Shown one piece after another: positions 20,869-31,653 of a DNA stretch of 64,000 nucleotides. A program made the translations under genes and the position numbers. The stretch is from Caldisphaera sp. (GTDB taxonomy: Archaea; Thermoproteota; Thermoprotei_A; Sulfolobales; Acidilobaceae), in NCBI GenBank assembly GCA_049971805.1, contig JBMFKU010000005.1, forward strand, positions 13,882-77,881. The letters are read 5' to 3'. A model generated the notes under the pieces. The model was given only the letters and a program-made list of their open reading frames with translations. It was not told the origin of the DNA and did no database searches. How positions within the stretch are numbered: the stretch's first letter is position 1; every line of letters starts with the position of its first letter.

Positions 20869-21726
20869 GTGGAAAAATTGAAGAGAGACAAATACGGCAT
20901 TGTTGTTAAGCCTAACAGCAATAAAGCAGAAAAAATAGCCGAGAAGGTTATTGATTTATTAAAAAATCAAGGTATTAACCCTCTTATTGAGTATGAAACA
21001 AAACAAAGCTATAAATCTTTTTCCAGCTATGAAGAGTTTAAAATGGAAAATAATCCCCCAGAGAAAATAATAGTAATTGGCGGAGATGGAACATTATTAA
21101 GAGCAGTAATAAGAATTAAAAATAACAATTCGATATTTATGAGCATAAGAGCTGGTAAGAGGGGTTTTCTACTAGATGTTGAAGAATATGAGATTGAAAA
21201 TAGGGTTTTAGACTTTATAGAGAATAGATATGCATTAGTAGAATATCCAAGGCTCTTACCTATTTTTAACCAAGAAGAAGGAAGCTGTGCCATGAACGAT
21301 ATAGTTATTTTTACTGCTGACGGAAGTTTAGTTAAACTAATAGTAAACTACGAAAATAATAAGATTTATAGCATAGATGGCGATGGAGTAGTTATATCTA
21401 CAACAATAGGATCAACTGCATATAGTTTAAGCGCTGGTGGACCTATTATAGATCCAAGATTAAATGCCATAGTTATAGCACCTTTAAATCCAGTTCAACT
21501 ACACATCAGGCCTGTTGTTTTGCCCTATAATGGACTAATTACGATTGAATCTAAAGAAGACAGCGGAAGTTACTATATTAATATCGATGGGCAAGAAAAA
21601 ATACATGGGAAATCTAAATCATTACTGCAAGTCAAGCCATGTAAATATGTAGCAAAAATTGCACGTTTTAACTGGTGGGACAACTATTATGAAAGGCTAT
21701 TCAACAGACTCCTTACATACTGGTAA
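20869..21726 (+). CDS. nadK: NAD kinase
   Basis: GGDGTLL, ND, GSTAYSLSAGGP. Confidence 0.93.
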   Translation: MEKLKRDKYGIVVKPNSNKAEKIAEKVIDLLKNQGINPLIEYETKQSYKSFSSYEEFKMENNPPEKIIVIGGDGTLLRAVIRIKNNNSIFMSIRAGKRGFLLDVEEYEIENRVLDFIENRYALVEYPRLLPIFNQEEGSCAMNDIVIFTADGSLVKLIVNYENNKIYSIDGDGVVISTTIGSTAYSLSAGGPIIDPRLNAIVIAPLNPVQLHIRPVVLPYNGLITIESKEDSGSYYINIDGQEKIHGKSKSLLQVKPCKYVAKIARFNWWDNYYERLFNRLLTYW

Positions 21727-22126
21727 ATGTTTAGTTTTAGATTCTGGAGCAATTTTTACTGGTTTTATAGTCGGAAACCCAAATATAGGGTATTTAACGC
21801 CATCCGTTATTAATGAAGTAAAGGATGAAAAGTCAAAATTTGATTTAGAAACTGCTATTTCAGCACAAAAAGTTATTGTGATGGAGCCAGAAAAAAAATA
21901 TATAGAGTTAGTTTCAAAATTTGCTAAAAAAATTAAAGTTTTAAATAAACTAAGTAAAACAGATATTGAGGTTTTAGCCCTAAGCTATCAACTTAGAGAA
22001 AAATTTAGCGATGTGCTATTAGTTACCGATGACTATGCTATGCAGAAAATTGCAATCAAACTTGGAATAAAAATTGTTGTAATAAAATACCCAGGAATTA
22101 AAGATCTAAAAAGTGATAACAAATAG
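21689..22126 (+). CDS. Nob1-like PIN domain protein (no Zn ribbon)
   Basis: LDSGA, VINEVKD, LSKTDIEVLAL, TDDYAMQ. Confidence 0.8.
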   Translation: MKGYSTDSLHTGKCLVLDSGAIFTGFIVGNPNIGYLTPSVINEVKDEKSKFDLETAISAQKVIVMEPEKKYIELVSKFAKKIKVLNKLSKTDIEVLALSYQLREKFSDVLLVTDDYAMQKIAIKLGIKIVVIKYPGIKDLKSDNK

Positions 22127-22127
22127 C

Positions 22128-23432
22128 TTAAGTAAAAATAGGCTCTCCCCTTAAATCAAAATATGATGCGTCTTTTATCCTAACCATAATATTTTTCCCT
22201 ATAATGCTTTCATCAAATTTAATTGCTACTGGAAAATAATTTTCAAGTCTACCCAGTACATAACCACTCCTGAATCCCTTAGATGTAACAATAGCGTTTT
22301 CTATTCTACCTATATATTTTTTATAAATATCTTCATCTATTTCCTTAATTAATTTATTTAGCTTAAGACTTCTTTCTTTTTTAATCGGTTCAGGAATTTG
22401 GAGCATAGATGCTGATTTTGTTCTAGGTCTAATACTATATTGTGCTAAATAAACCCTTTCAAACCTTAATTCTCTGACTAATTTCATTGTATTGCTAAAT
22501 GCATCTTCGCCTTCACCAGGATGACCAACGATTATATCTGTTGCGAACAAAGAATTTGGAAACCTGCTTTTTATCTTATAATGAAGCTTTTTAAACTCAT
22601 TAACATTATAATTTCTATTCATTATCCTCAACAAATCATCATCTCCTGACTGAACTGGTATATGAAAGAATTTGAAAATTCTTTCATCTTGATATAAGTA
22701 TAAGAGATCGTCAATTATTTCCATAGATTTATCAGGTGTCATCATCCCTATCCTTAATTTATAATCTCCTTTTACTTTATCTAATATAATTGAAATTAAA
22801 TCGTTTAACCTAATCTTTGGGTTAAAATCAACGCCATATACCGCTATATCCTGACCCGTTAATCTTATTTCTTTTATATTTTTATCTACTAAATTTTGTA
22901 TTGTCTCTACTATTATTCTTGGTTTATAGGATTTGAGAGATCTTCTGGCTATTTTTGTCATGCAAAAACTACAATTATCAAGGCAGCCCTCTTCCACCAT
23001 TATAGTAGCAACACTACCCTCTATTGGAGGTATTGGCATCACTTCAGTATTTCTTTCTCCATCCAATAAATTTACCTTATTATAAGATTTAATAACATCT
23101 AATATTTTGGTTACATTTTGTGGAGATAATAGGTTGGCGTTCGGTATTAACCTCTCAATTAGTGATGGTCTAGCTTTAGCCAGACAACCAGATACAACTA
23201 TTTTAGATTTAATTACTTGATTTTGAATTTCTTTTAATCTTTTTGCTATCTTAGCTTCAGTATCCAACCTAACTGCACATGTATTTATTATTACTATATC
23301 AGCATCATTAATGTTATTAGTTCTTATATAACCATTTTCTGTTAGTATGGCAGCCATGATAGAGCTATCAAATTCTGATAGGGCACATCCATAGGTTTCT
23401 ATGTAATATTTCTGCATTCTCTCTCCCATCAT
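22128..23432 (-). CDS. tRNA t6A methylthiotransferase (MtaB/CDKAL1-type)
   Basis: ETYGC, NTCAV, CLDNCSFC, HIPVQSG, C-terminal TRAM domain. Confidence 0.9.
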   Translation of the reverse strand: MMGERMQKYYIETYGCALSEFDSSIMAAILTENGYIRTNNINDADIVIINTCAVRLDTEAKIAKRLKEIQNQVIKSKIVVSGCLAKARPSLIERLIPNANLLSPQNVTKILDVIKSYNKVNLLDGERNTEVMPIPPIEGSVATIMVEEGCLDNCSFCMTKIARRSLKSYKPRIIVETIQNLVDKNIKEIRLTGQDIAVYGVDFNPKIRLNDLISIILDKVKGDYKLRIGMMTPDKSMEIIDDLLYLYQDERIFKFFHIPVQSGDDDLLRIMNRNYNVNEFKKLHYKIKSRFPNSLFATDIIVGHPGEGEDAFSNTMKLVRELRFERVYLAQYSIRPRTKSASMLQIPEPIKKERSLKLNKLIKEIDEDIYKKYIGRIENAIVTSKGFRSGYVLGRLENYFPVAIKFDESIIGKNIMVRIKDASYFDLRGEPIFT

Positions 23433-23563
23433 TTCCCAAATTATTTTTCTAAAAAATAAATCTCTATATAAACTTAATATTTTTAATATAATTTTAATAT
23501 AAAACTGACATCCACACTGAAGGGTTACGAGTTCTTAAGTGTGTAAATGGTAACAGAATAGAA

Positions 23564-24091
23564 TTAACCCTTAAAAAACTTAGGAAGTCTAACACCTTGT
23601 TGCCCCCTATACTCACCAGAATAAGGCTTTTCTGATGGTGTTTCCATTTTAACTAAAACCAAATGCAAAAATCTCTCACCAGCATATAATTTCACAGGAA
23701 ACTCACTACCAATTACTTCTATAGTTAATTGGCCCTCAAAGCCTGCATCTGTTACAGTGCTTGGTATGTATATGCCAGTCCTTGCCCATGTACTTCTTAA
23801 ATTAACCAGACCTGCTAAATAAGAAGGTAACTTGACATATTCTAGCGAATGTAATAAATAGTGCCTATGAGGTTCAATAATAAAACTATCAGACTTATTG
23901 CATTCATAATAATTAATTGAATCTCCTGGATTATTTGGATCTAAAACAACATTTGTTTTCTTAAATGCACAATATTGGCTTCCTAGCTTTAAGTCAACAC
24001 CATTTTCTCTTATTGTATCATCACTTAAAGGATTTATTATTAATTCATCTGATTTGATCAGAATCTTTATATCTCTATCGCTTAGTATCAT
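23564..24091 (-). CDS. dcd: dCTP deaminase
   Basis: MILSDRDI, RSTWARTG, DAGFEGQLTIE, YRGQ. Confidence 0.92.
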   Translation of the reverse strand: MILSDRDIKILIKSDELIINPLSDDTIRENGVDLKLGSQYCAFKKTNVVLDPNNPGDSINYYECNKSDSFIIEPHRHYLLHSLEYVKLPSYLAGLVNLRSTWARTGIYIPSTVTDAGFEGQLTIEVIGSEFPVKLYAGERFLHLVLVKMETPSEKPYSGEYRGQQGVRLPKFFKG

Positions 24092-24277
24092 GGCTATCGC
24101 CCCATTCTATATGTATTACTTAAGAATATAGACTTTATTTTAATAAAAGTTTTTCTTAGCTATGAAAATGCTTACTTTCTATATATAATAAATTTATTAC
24201 TACTTAAAATAGTAATAAAGTAAATTTTATTAATCAGCTAAGTTAAAAGCTAATATATTTGTATGATAAAGTAGGTT

Positions 24278-24682
24278 TTGGTGATCAAAATGAATGAAAA
24301 TTTTATGAAAGGCCTAAATATAGTATTAAAGGAATCGTGGAAAAATCCCAAATATAGATCTATAATGATTTTAGTGGCATTGGTTTCATTATTTGCAGCA
24401 CTAGGAACAGGCATTGCAATAGGGCATGCAGCAAGCTCTTCTTCAGCAGCCACTACATCACCATATGATGTATTTGGTAAAGCACTTGGTTCAGGACTAG
24501 CAGTTGGTCTAGCCGGTATAGGAGGAGGATATGCAGTAGCCGTAGCCGGTGCGGCAGCAATAAGCGCAGTTGCTGAAAACAGAGAGCTGTTTGGAACAGC
24601 ATTTATATTTGTTGTCCTTGGAGAGGGAATAGCAATATATGGTTTGCTGATAGCAATAATAGTCTTATTCGTCTTGCCATAA
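24278..24682 (+). CDS. atpK: A-type ATP synthase subunit c/K with N-terminal leader helix
   Basis: Gly-rich hairpin; LGEGIAIYGL with ion-binding Glu. Confidence 0.92.
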   Translation: MVIKMNENFMKGLNIVLKESWKNPKYRSIMILVALVSLFAALGTGIAIGHAASSSSAATTSPYDVFGKALGSGLAVGLAGIGGGYAVAVAGAAAISAVAENRELFGTAFIFVVLGEGIAIYGLLIAIIVLFVLP

Positions 24683-24847
24683 ATATTAAAAAACTATAAA
24701 AATTTTTATTTAACTTAATCTGAAGAACTTTTTTAACTCTTCGCAAAACAATCTTTATAACAATATTTAATTTTAAAAAAGCTTTAATTAAACTGTTTTA
24801 GAAATAACTTATAATATGTTTTTATTTTTTATAATACGGGTGAGAGA

Positions 24848-26299
24848 TTGGTTGAGCCAAAAAAAGAAAAAATAATATCAAATTTTTCTGAATGGTTTGA
24901 CAGCGTATTAGAAAAAGCAGAAATATTTGACTACGGAAGATATCCAGTAAAAGGAATGGGAATTTGGCTACCTTATGGATTTCAAATAAGAAAAAAAGTA
25001 ATTGAAGAGATTAGAAATCTGCTTGATAATACAAATCATGAAGAGGTTTTATTCCCATTATTAATACCTGATTGGATGCTAGGAAAAGAAACTGAGCACA
25101 TAAGAGGATTTGAAAATGAAGTATTTTGGGTTACACATGGTGGATTAGACGAACTAGAGCAAAAATTGGCATTGAGGCCAACGAGCGAAACAATAATAAC
25201 CTATTATGAATCTTTATGGTATCAAAGCTATAAGCAATTGCCAAAAAAACTTTACCAAATAGTTAGCATGTTTAGATACGAAACCAAAGCAACAAGACCA
25301 TTAATTAGATTAAGAGAGGTGACAACATTTAAAGAGGCTCACACAATTCATGATAGTTATGAGAGCGCGGAAGCCCAAGTAAATGAAGCCATTGAGATAT
25401 ATAAGAAGTTTTTTGATAACCTAGGCATACCCTATATAATTTCAAAGAGACCTGATTGGGACAAGTTTGCAGGGGCACTATATACAATAGCCTTTGATAC
25501 TCTTATGCCAGATGGTAGAACCTTACAAATAGGAACAGCACATAACCTAGGTCAAAGCTTCACAAAGGCTTTCAGTTTCAAAATACAACTTAAGGACGGC
25601 TCGTATGATTTTCCATGGCAAACAAGCTATGGTATTAGCGATAGAGTAGTAGCATCTCTTATTGCCATTCATGGCGATAATAATGGACTAGTTTTACCTC
25701 CAAATATTTCACCAATACAAGTAATAATTGTACCTATACCATCTTCAAATGAAAATGAAGCAGAGCTAATAAAGAGCTATTGTAAAGCAATATTAAATAA
25801 ACTAGAAAATGAAAAAATCAGAACAAAAATAGACGACAGAAATGAAGTAACTCCAGGAGAAAAATATTATTATTGGGAAGCCAAAGGAGTACCTATAAGA
25901 TTAGAAATAGGTTCGAGGGAACTTCACAACAACACAGTAACTCTAGTTAGAAGGGACATACTAGAGAAAAAAATAGTAAAAGAAAATGAGTTAATTAGAG
26001 AAATTATATCTACAATGAATCTTATACAAAATAATTTATATGAAAGAGCTTGGAAAAATATTATGCAAAAAATTCATAGAACAAATAATTTAGTTGAAGC
26101 AAAATCATATCTAGATAGAAAAGACGGAATAGTAGAGATACCTTGGTGTGGCAATGAAGAATGTGCCAATAAAATAATGGAAAGGCTTGAAGCAAAATGT
26201 CTTGGAACTCCATGGCCAAGCGAAAAAATTAACAATGAAAAATGCCCAATATGCGGGAAAAGTGCGGTAACAGTAATGAGATATGCCAGACAATATTAA
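24848..26299 (+). CDS. proS: Prolyl-tRNA synthetase
   Basis: [23 protein letters not shown]-terminal ARQY. Confidence 0.97.
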   Translation: MVEPKKEKIISNFSEWFDSVLEKAEIFDYGRYPVKGMGIWLPYGFQIRKKVIEEIRNLLDNTNHEEVLFPLLIPDWMLGKETEHIRGFENEVFWVTHGGLDELEQKLALRPTSETIITYYESLWYQSYKQLPKKLYQIVSMFRYETKATRPLIRLREVTTFKEAHTIHDSYESAEAQVNEAIEIYKKFFDNLGIPYIISKRPDWDKFAGALYTIAFDTLMPDGRTLQIGTAHNLGQSFTKAFSFKIQLKDGSYDFPWQTSYGISDRVVASLIAIHGDNNGLVLPPNISPIQVIIVPIPSSNENEAELIKSYCKAILNKLENEKIRTKIDDRNEVTPGEKYYYWEAKGVPIRLEIGSRELHNNTVTLVRRDILEKKIVKENELIREIISTMNLIQNNLYERAWKNIMQKIHRTNNLVEAKSYLDRKDGIVEIPWCGNEECANKIMERLEAKCLGTPWPSEKINNEKCPICGKSAVTVMRYARQY

Positions 26300-26413
26300 T
26301 ACAAAAATATTAAAAACCTTGCACTTTTTTGTCTATTAAATAAAACATGTCAATCTTTCTTATCTATTGGTTACATTAAAAATTAAAGCATAGAACAAAA
26401 AACTTTTGCCGAA

Positions 26414-26478
26414 TTGCTCAGAGGGCTCCTTGTCGTCACAGCTAAACGCTTCCGTGTCCACCACACTCTTCATCGCAT
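26414..26478 (-). ncRNA. C/D box sRNA
   Basis: C ATGAAGA, guide GTGTGGTGGACA, D' CGGA, C' GTGACGA, guide CAAGGAGCCCT, D CTGA, terminal TGC/GCA stem. Confidence 0.75.
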
Positions 26479-26524
26479 TTATTTACTTATCTTTTTCTAA
26501 TAATAAAACTTATCACCACATAAA

Positions 26525-27190
26525 TTAATTGTTTTCAAGAAATCCATCCAAGCCAACCAATGGAACAAAGATTACTCCTATATCATATTTTATATTTAGA
26601 TTTCCATATTTATCCTTTTCTATTATGACTAATTTTTGTTCATATCTATCACCCACAGGCAAAACGGCTTTACCGGTATTTTTTAATTGTATCTTAATAA
26701 AATTTGGTATACGGGGAGATGCTGCAGTAATAATAATTCTATCATAAGGACTTTCTAATTCGTAACCTATTGAACCATCTCCAACAATTAGAGTTACATA
26801 ATTTAATAGTCCAACCTTTTCTAAATTTTGCCGTGAAAATTCTGACAACTCTTTAATCCTTTCTATAGACCACACATGTCCAGTTTCCTTAACCAAATAT
26901 GCCAAAATCGCTGTCTGATAGCCAGAACCGGTTCCAATTTCTAAAACTTTATGACCTTCATCTAATTGTAAAAGTTCTGTCATATATGAAACTATGCTCG
27001 GGGCACTAACAGTTTGACCAAATCCAATAGGAATTGGTTTATCATCATAAGCCTCATTAATATATTTACTTGGTACAAACAATGCTCTATCTATCTTTAT
27101 CATTGCCTCCTCAACTTTGTTAGACTTAATATAACCGCCGTTCTTTAATTGTTGCATTAGTTCCAACTTTTTTTGAATAAAATCGCTCAA
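26525..27190 (-). CDS. pcm: Protein-L-isoaspartate O-methyltransferase
   Basis: GQTVSAP, VLEIGTGSGY, PYDRIIITAA, FVPL. Confidence 0.95.
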   Translation of the reverse strand: MSDFIQKKLELMQQLKNGGYIKSNKVEEAMIKIDRALFVPSKYINEAYDDKPIPIGFGQTVSAPSIVSYMTELLQLDEGHKVLEIGTGSGYQTAILAYLVKETGHVWSIERIKELSEFSRQNLEKVGLLNYVTLIVGDGSIGYELESPYDRIIITAASPRIPNFIKIQLKNTGKAVLPVGDRYEQKLVIIEKDKYGNLNIKYDIGVIFVPLVGLDGFLENN

Positions 27191-27233
27191 CCTTCCACCA
27201 TAAAATTAGTTCAAATTTAAAACTTATATTTTA

Positions 27234-28160
27234 TTAAAATATCTTAAAAGAAAGGCCAACACTTTCTAGCATTTTAGAAACCATAAAATGGGGAATTCTC
27301 ATTAGCATATCTTTTTGAGATGAGTTAGGGAAGCTATTTATTATATTTGAAGCATCATTGACTAGAGAATTTAATGTACTCATGCCCTTCTTAACTACAT
27401 TATCCCCTTTTTCTATACCTGAATGGCTTCTAATAACCCATTTTTCAAACAATATTTCTCCTGGATCTAATTTATCCTTTTTACCTATAAGATAAGAATA
27501 GTAGTCGCTAATATCATCTGCCATCTGATATGCTATTCCTAATTTATCACCATATATCTCTGCGTTATCTAAAGCTAAGTTATTTTTAGCTGCTAATGTA
27601 CCTAGAATTGTTGATAGGCTAAATAATGATGCTGTTTTAAGTTTTGCCACATTTATGTATTCTGACGGCTTTAACTTAATTGATGCATAAGCATCTAATA
27701 TCTCTCCCTTAACCATAGATTCCCATGCCTTTATACTGTATTTTATTGCATCAAACCCATATTTTTCTATTATCCTTTGAGCAACTGGAACCAAAAGCAA
27801 TGCTGTCAATGCAGTTTTTCCAATTCCATATACAACCCAGCTCGATAACTTACCTCTCCTATTTACATCATTATCAACAATATCATCTATAGCCAAGCTT
27901 GCTGCATGAACCATCTCTATAGCTATTGCTGCATCTGAAGCCTCTTCCATCGATGATCCCAATGATTCTGCAAACAGTATTGTTAAAAAGCCTCTAAACA
28001 TCTTTCCTCCTTTTGTTAGATAATTTGGTATATCTTCAATGCCCATATTTTCCATAGATTTGGCTGTCTCCTCTATTTTTGGCCCCAGAAATTCTCTTAC
28101 TTTTTCCCATTTTTCTAGTATCATTACATCAATGTCTTCAGAAGTTATTTCTTTGTTCAA
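27234..28160 (-). CDS. Polyprenyl (medium-chain) diphosphate synthase
   Basis: GGKMFRG, HAASLAIDDIVD..RRG, KTA, YQMADD. Confidence 0.9.
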   Translation of the reverse strand: MNKEITSEDIDVMILEKWEKVREFLGPKIEETAKSMENMGIEDIPNYLTKGGKMFRGFLTILFAESLGSSMEEASDAAIAIEMVHAASLAIDDIVDNDVNRRGKLSSWVVYGIGKTALTALLLVPVAQRIIEKYGFDAIKYSIKAWESMVKGEILDAYASIKLKPSEYINVAKLKTASLFSLSTILGTLAAKNNLALDNAEIYGDKLGIAYQMADDISDYYSYLIGKKDKLDPGEILFEKWVIRSHSGIEKGDNVVKKGMSTLNSLVNDASNIINSFPNSSQKDMLMRIPHFMVSKMLESVGLSFKIF

Positions 28161-28271
28161 GTTTAGCGCACCTTTCTATCCATACAAAGCTTAACCTTTA
28201 GGGTTTATTAATATGTATTCTATCTACTTTTATTTTAAAAATAAATAAAGAATTTTAAGCTTTTTTAAAAT

Positions 28272-29021
28272 TCATAAATTCTTTATAGGATTTCTTGCAT
28301 ATAAAATTCCAACTATTATAGGCATTTTCTTAAAAATTACTTTTTTAAAATATTTTTTTGCTACAAACTCAAATTCTTTAGAAGTATACATATTATTAAG
28401 TGTTCTATGCAAATCGGGATATCTGAGAGAATCTTTTCCACAACCCATCAAAAAACCAGATATCACAGACAATATATTAAATTGAAGAAAAGATATAATT
28501 TTTTCTAATATATTTTCTGGCCTATATAAATCTAATATTATTAGTTTACCATCAGACTTTAATATCCTAGAAAACTCTTTCAATGCTATTTCATAATTTC
28601 TTGCATCTCTAAATGAAAACATAGCAATTACAGAATCCATAGAATTGTCCTTAAGAGGTATGCTTTCAAAGAAACCATTTATTAAATTTATGTTTTTGAT
28701 TGAATTTTTAGCGATTTCCAACATTGAATACGATGGATCCATAGCTATTACATTAGCATTATTATTAATAATTTTAATATAACTTGTAGAAGTACCAGGA
28801 CCCGAGCCAGCATCTAGTATATTATGAGAGTTAATTGATAAATTAGATGCAAAAATTCTTAGCTTTTTAAGCATATAGAGGCTCATTAAATTATTTACTT
28901 TTTCATAGCATCCTTTCTTTGAGTAGTTTTCTATTTCACATACAATTTCCTTCCAAAATATTTCTTCTAAACCCTTGTTACTTGTATTTTGTTTGTTTGC
29001 AATTTTATCCATTTTTATCAA
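28272..29021 (-). CDS. UbiE/MenG-like SAM-dependent methyltransferase
   Basis: YEKVNNLMS, LDAGSGPG, RILKSDG; adjacent to the prenyl synthase. Confidence 0.8.
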   Translation of the reverse strand: MIKMDKIANKQNTSNKGLEEIFWKEIVCEIENYSKKGCYEKVNNLMSLYMLKKLRIFASNLSINSHNILDAGSGPGTSTSYIKIINNNANVIAMDPSYSMLEIAKNSIKNINLINGFFESIPLKDNSMDSVIAMFSFRDARNYEIALKEFSRILKSDGKLIILDLYRPENILEKIISFLQFNILSVISGFLMGCGKDSLRYPDLHRTLNNMYTSKEFEFVAKKYFKKVIFKKMPIIVGILYARNPIKNL

Positions 29022-29188
29022 CTTTTCTTTACCTAAACTATTTCTGAATTAAACATTAAATCATTATAAATTATAAATTTTATAAATGTATTTTAATAAT
29101 TGATGAATGATTAAAGTCAAGAGCATCTTATGCTATTTTAAATAGTAAAAATAAAAATTTATATTAATTTATGCTTTTCATAATAATT

Positions 29189-29248
29189 GTCGATGAAGAA
29201 GGTTAAAAGCTGTGAGAACAACGATGATCGAAGCTAGGCTTCTGAGAC
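29189..29248 (+). ncRNA. C/D box sRNA
   Basis: C ATGAAGA, guide AGGTTAAAAGCT, D' GTGA, C' ACGATGA, guide TCGAAGCTAGGCTT, D CTGA, terminal GTC/GAC. Confidence 0.75.
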
Positions 29249-29496
29249 TCATATTTTAATTTTATGGAAATTTGCACAAGACATTTGAAACCTGAGTACT
29301 ATGGGTCGATCACAGAACTATTGTCTCTCTTCAGATTTCCTATGATCTTTATGTTTAAACTTTATGAAAACTGATCTGCTCTAAAATACAGGGCTAAAGG
29401 TTTTTATTGCTTTTACTGCAAGCCGTTTAATATTTATAAATTTTATCATCCTCCTAAAGTGTGGAACTTTCAACTTATTCGCAAAAGGGAGAAAAA

Positions 29497-30180
29497 TTGG
29501 AAAAAATAGTAATAAAAATAAGCGGTAGTTTATTGTATCCACCAAATCTAGAATATATTTTAAAGTTAAAAGAGAATTTAATTAATCTTATTAAAAAAGA
29601 ATTTAAATTGGGCATTGTTGTAGGAGGAGGACCTCTAGCCAGAGCTTATATAAATACGTTAAGGAACATAAATGATTCTGAATCTATATTAGATGTAATA
29701 GGAATAGAATCTGCAAGATTAAATGCATTAAGCCTATCTATAGCTCTTATGCCATATTCGTCTCCAAAAGTACCTAAAGATATCATTGAAGCAATAGAAA
29801 TATCAAATCAAAACTTAATACCAGTATTAGGTGGATTACAACCAGGACATAGCACAAATGCGGTTTCTATGATTTTAGCTGAAGCATTGGGCTCCAAATT
29901 AGTAATAAATATGCTTAACGGCGTTGATGGTATCTATACAAAAAGACCTAATGATAATAATGCAAAAAAGCTATTTAAAGTCTCTTATGGTGAAATGGAA
30001 TCTTTAATAGAAAATATGGAGCAAATAGCTGGAAGCTATGAGCTCTTAGATCATGTTGCATTTGATTTGATTAAAAGGAGCAAAATAAGAGTTATATTTA
30101 TTGATGGAAAAGATCCAGATAACGTTTATAGGAGATTAATAAAAGAAGAAAAAATTGGTTCAGAATTAATCCCTGATTAA
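29497..30180 (+). CDS. pyrH: UMP kinase
   Basis: KISGS, VVGGGPLAR, QPGHSTN, VDGIY; TTG start after GGGAG. Confidence 0.93.
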   Translation: MEKIVIKISGSLLYPPNLEYILKLKENLINLIKKEFKLGIVVGGGPLARAYINTLRNINDSESILDVIGIESARLNALSLSIALMPYSSPKVPKDIIEAIEISNQNLIPVLGGLQPGHSTNAVSMILAEALGSKLVINMLNGVDGIYTKRPNDNNAKKLFKVSYGEMESLIENMEQIAGSYELLDHVAFDLIKRSKIRVIFIDGKDPDNVYRRLIKEEKIGSELIPD

Positions 30181-30258
30181 TGTGTTATAAAAAGAATAGC
30201 TAAAAAGCAATTATTATAGTATTAATATATAAAAGAGCAAATTAAAAATTGATAAAAT

Positions 30259-31653
30259 TTACTTTTTATGCTTTGGATGATATCTTTGGATCATTTCTTC
30301 TTTTATATTTGTTAGCTCTTCTTCTGGTAATTCCGATAATATATTCCATGCCAAGTCCAAAGTAGTTTCTATGCTTCTATTTTCCCTTAGACCTTGGGAT
30401 AGGAAATTCTTTTCAAACAAATCTGCAAACTTTAGGAACTTCCTATCAGTTTCACTTAAGCTTTCTTCTCCTACTACAGCGGCTAAGCTTCTTAGTTCAA
30501 CACCCCTGCTGTAAGATGCGTAAAGCTGATCGCTAACCTGCGCATGGTCTTCCCTTGTCTTTCCAGGGCCAATACCTTCTTTCATGAGTCTTGAAAGGCT
30601 CATTAACACGTTTATAGGTGGATAAATACCCTTGTTGTAAAGATCTCTACTTAAAACTATCTGTCCTTCAGTTATATATCCCGTTAGATCTGGTATTGGA
30701 TGAGTTATATCGTCGTTCGGCATAGATAGGATTGGTATTTGTGTTATGCTTCCTTTTTTACCATGAACCCTTCCTGCCCTTTCATATATGCTTGCTAGAT
30801 CGCTATACATATAACCTGGATAACCTTGTCTTCCAGGAACTTCTTCTCTAGATGAACTTATTTCTCTTAAAGCTTCTGCATAATTTGTCATATCAGTTAA
30901 TATTACTAAGATGTGCATGTCCTTTTCATATGCTAAATACTCTGCTAAAGTTAATGCTACTCTTGGGGTTACCAACCTTATCATAGCTGGTTCGTCTGCT
31001 AAGTTAACAAACATCGCCACCCTGTTTAAAGCACCCGTTTCCTCAAAGAACTTTCTGAAGAATAGAAAGTCATCATATTTTATTCCAATTGCTGTGAAGA
31101 TGACTCCAAACTCTTCATTCTGACCTTTAACAGTTGATTGCCTAGCTATCTGTGCTGCTAGTTGATTATGCGGCAATCCACTCCCACTAAATATAGGAAG
31201 TTTTTGCCCTCTAACTAATGTATTCATACCATCGATAGCACTTACACCAGTTTGTATAAAGTCTTCTGGATACGCTCTAACAGCTGGGTTTATTGGTGAT
31301 CCATTTATATCGTATCTTTCCTCTGCAACAATCTCAGGACCATTATCTATTGGCTCTCCTAAGCCATTAAATATCCTGCCTAACATATCTTCAGATACAG
31401 GCAATTCCAATGGTCTTCCAAGGAATCTAACCTTTGTGCCTGTTGTAGTAATTCCTGTAGTACCTTCAAAAACCTGAACAACTGCTAAATTTTTAGAAAC
31501 ATCTAACACTCTCCCCCTTCTTCTTGATCCGTTGGAAAGCTCTATCTCTACTATTTCATCATAAGCTGTTTTGCTTATGCCTTCCACAAATATCAATGGC
31601 CCTCTTATTTCAACAACTCTTGAATACTCCCTTATACCGTAAACTGAACTCAT
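30259..31653 (-). CDS. atpB: A/V-type ATP synthase subunit B
   Basis: [42 protein letters not shown]. Confidence 0.98.
   Translation of the reverse strand: MSSVYGIREYSRVVEIRGPLIFVEGISKTAYDEIVEIELSNGSRRRGRVLDVSKNLAVVQVFEGTTGITTTGTKVRFLGRPLELPVSEDMLGRIFNGLGEPIDNGPEIVAEERYDINGSPINPAVRAYPEDFIQTGVSAIDGMNTLVRGQKLPIFSGSGLPHNQLAAQIARQSTVKGQNEEFGVIFTAIGIKYDDFLFFRKFFEETGALNRVAMFVNLADEPAMIRLVTPRVALTLAEYLAYEKDMHILVILTDMTNYAEALREISSSREEVPGRQGYPGYMYSDLASIYERAGRVHGKKGSITQIPILSMPNDDITHPIPDLTGYITEGQIVLSRDLYNKGIYPPINVLMSLSRLMKEGIGPGKTREDHAQVSDQLYASYSRGVELRSLAAVVGEESLSETDRKFLKFADLFEKNFLSQGLRENRSIETTLDLAWNILSELPEEELTNIKEEMIQRYHPKHKK

Noticed and set aside
23505-23560. Possible H/ACA RNA (CACACT/AGTGTG stem, ACA downstream)
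   Set aside because: No convincing lower stem or K-turn
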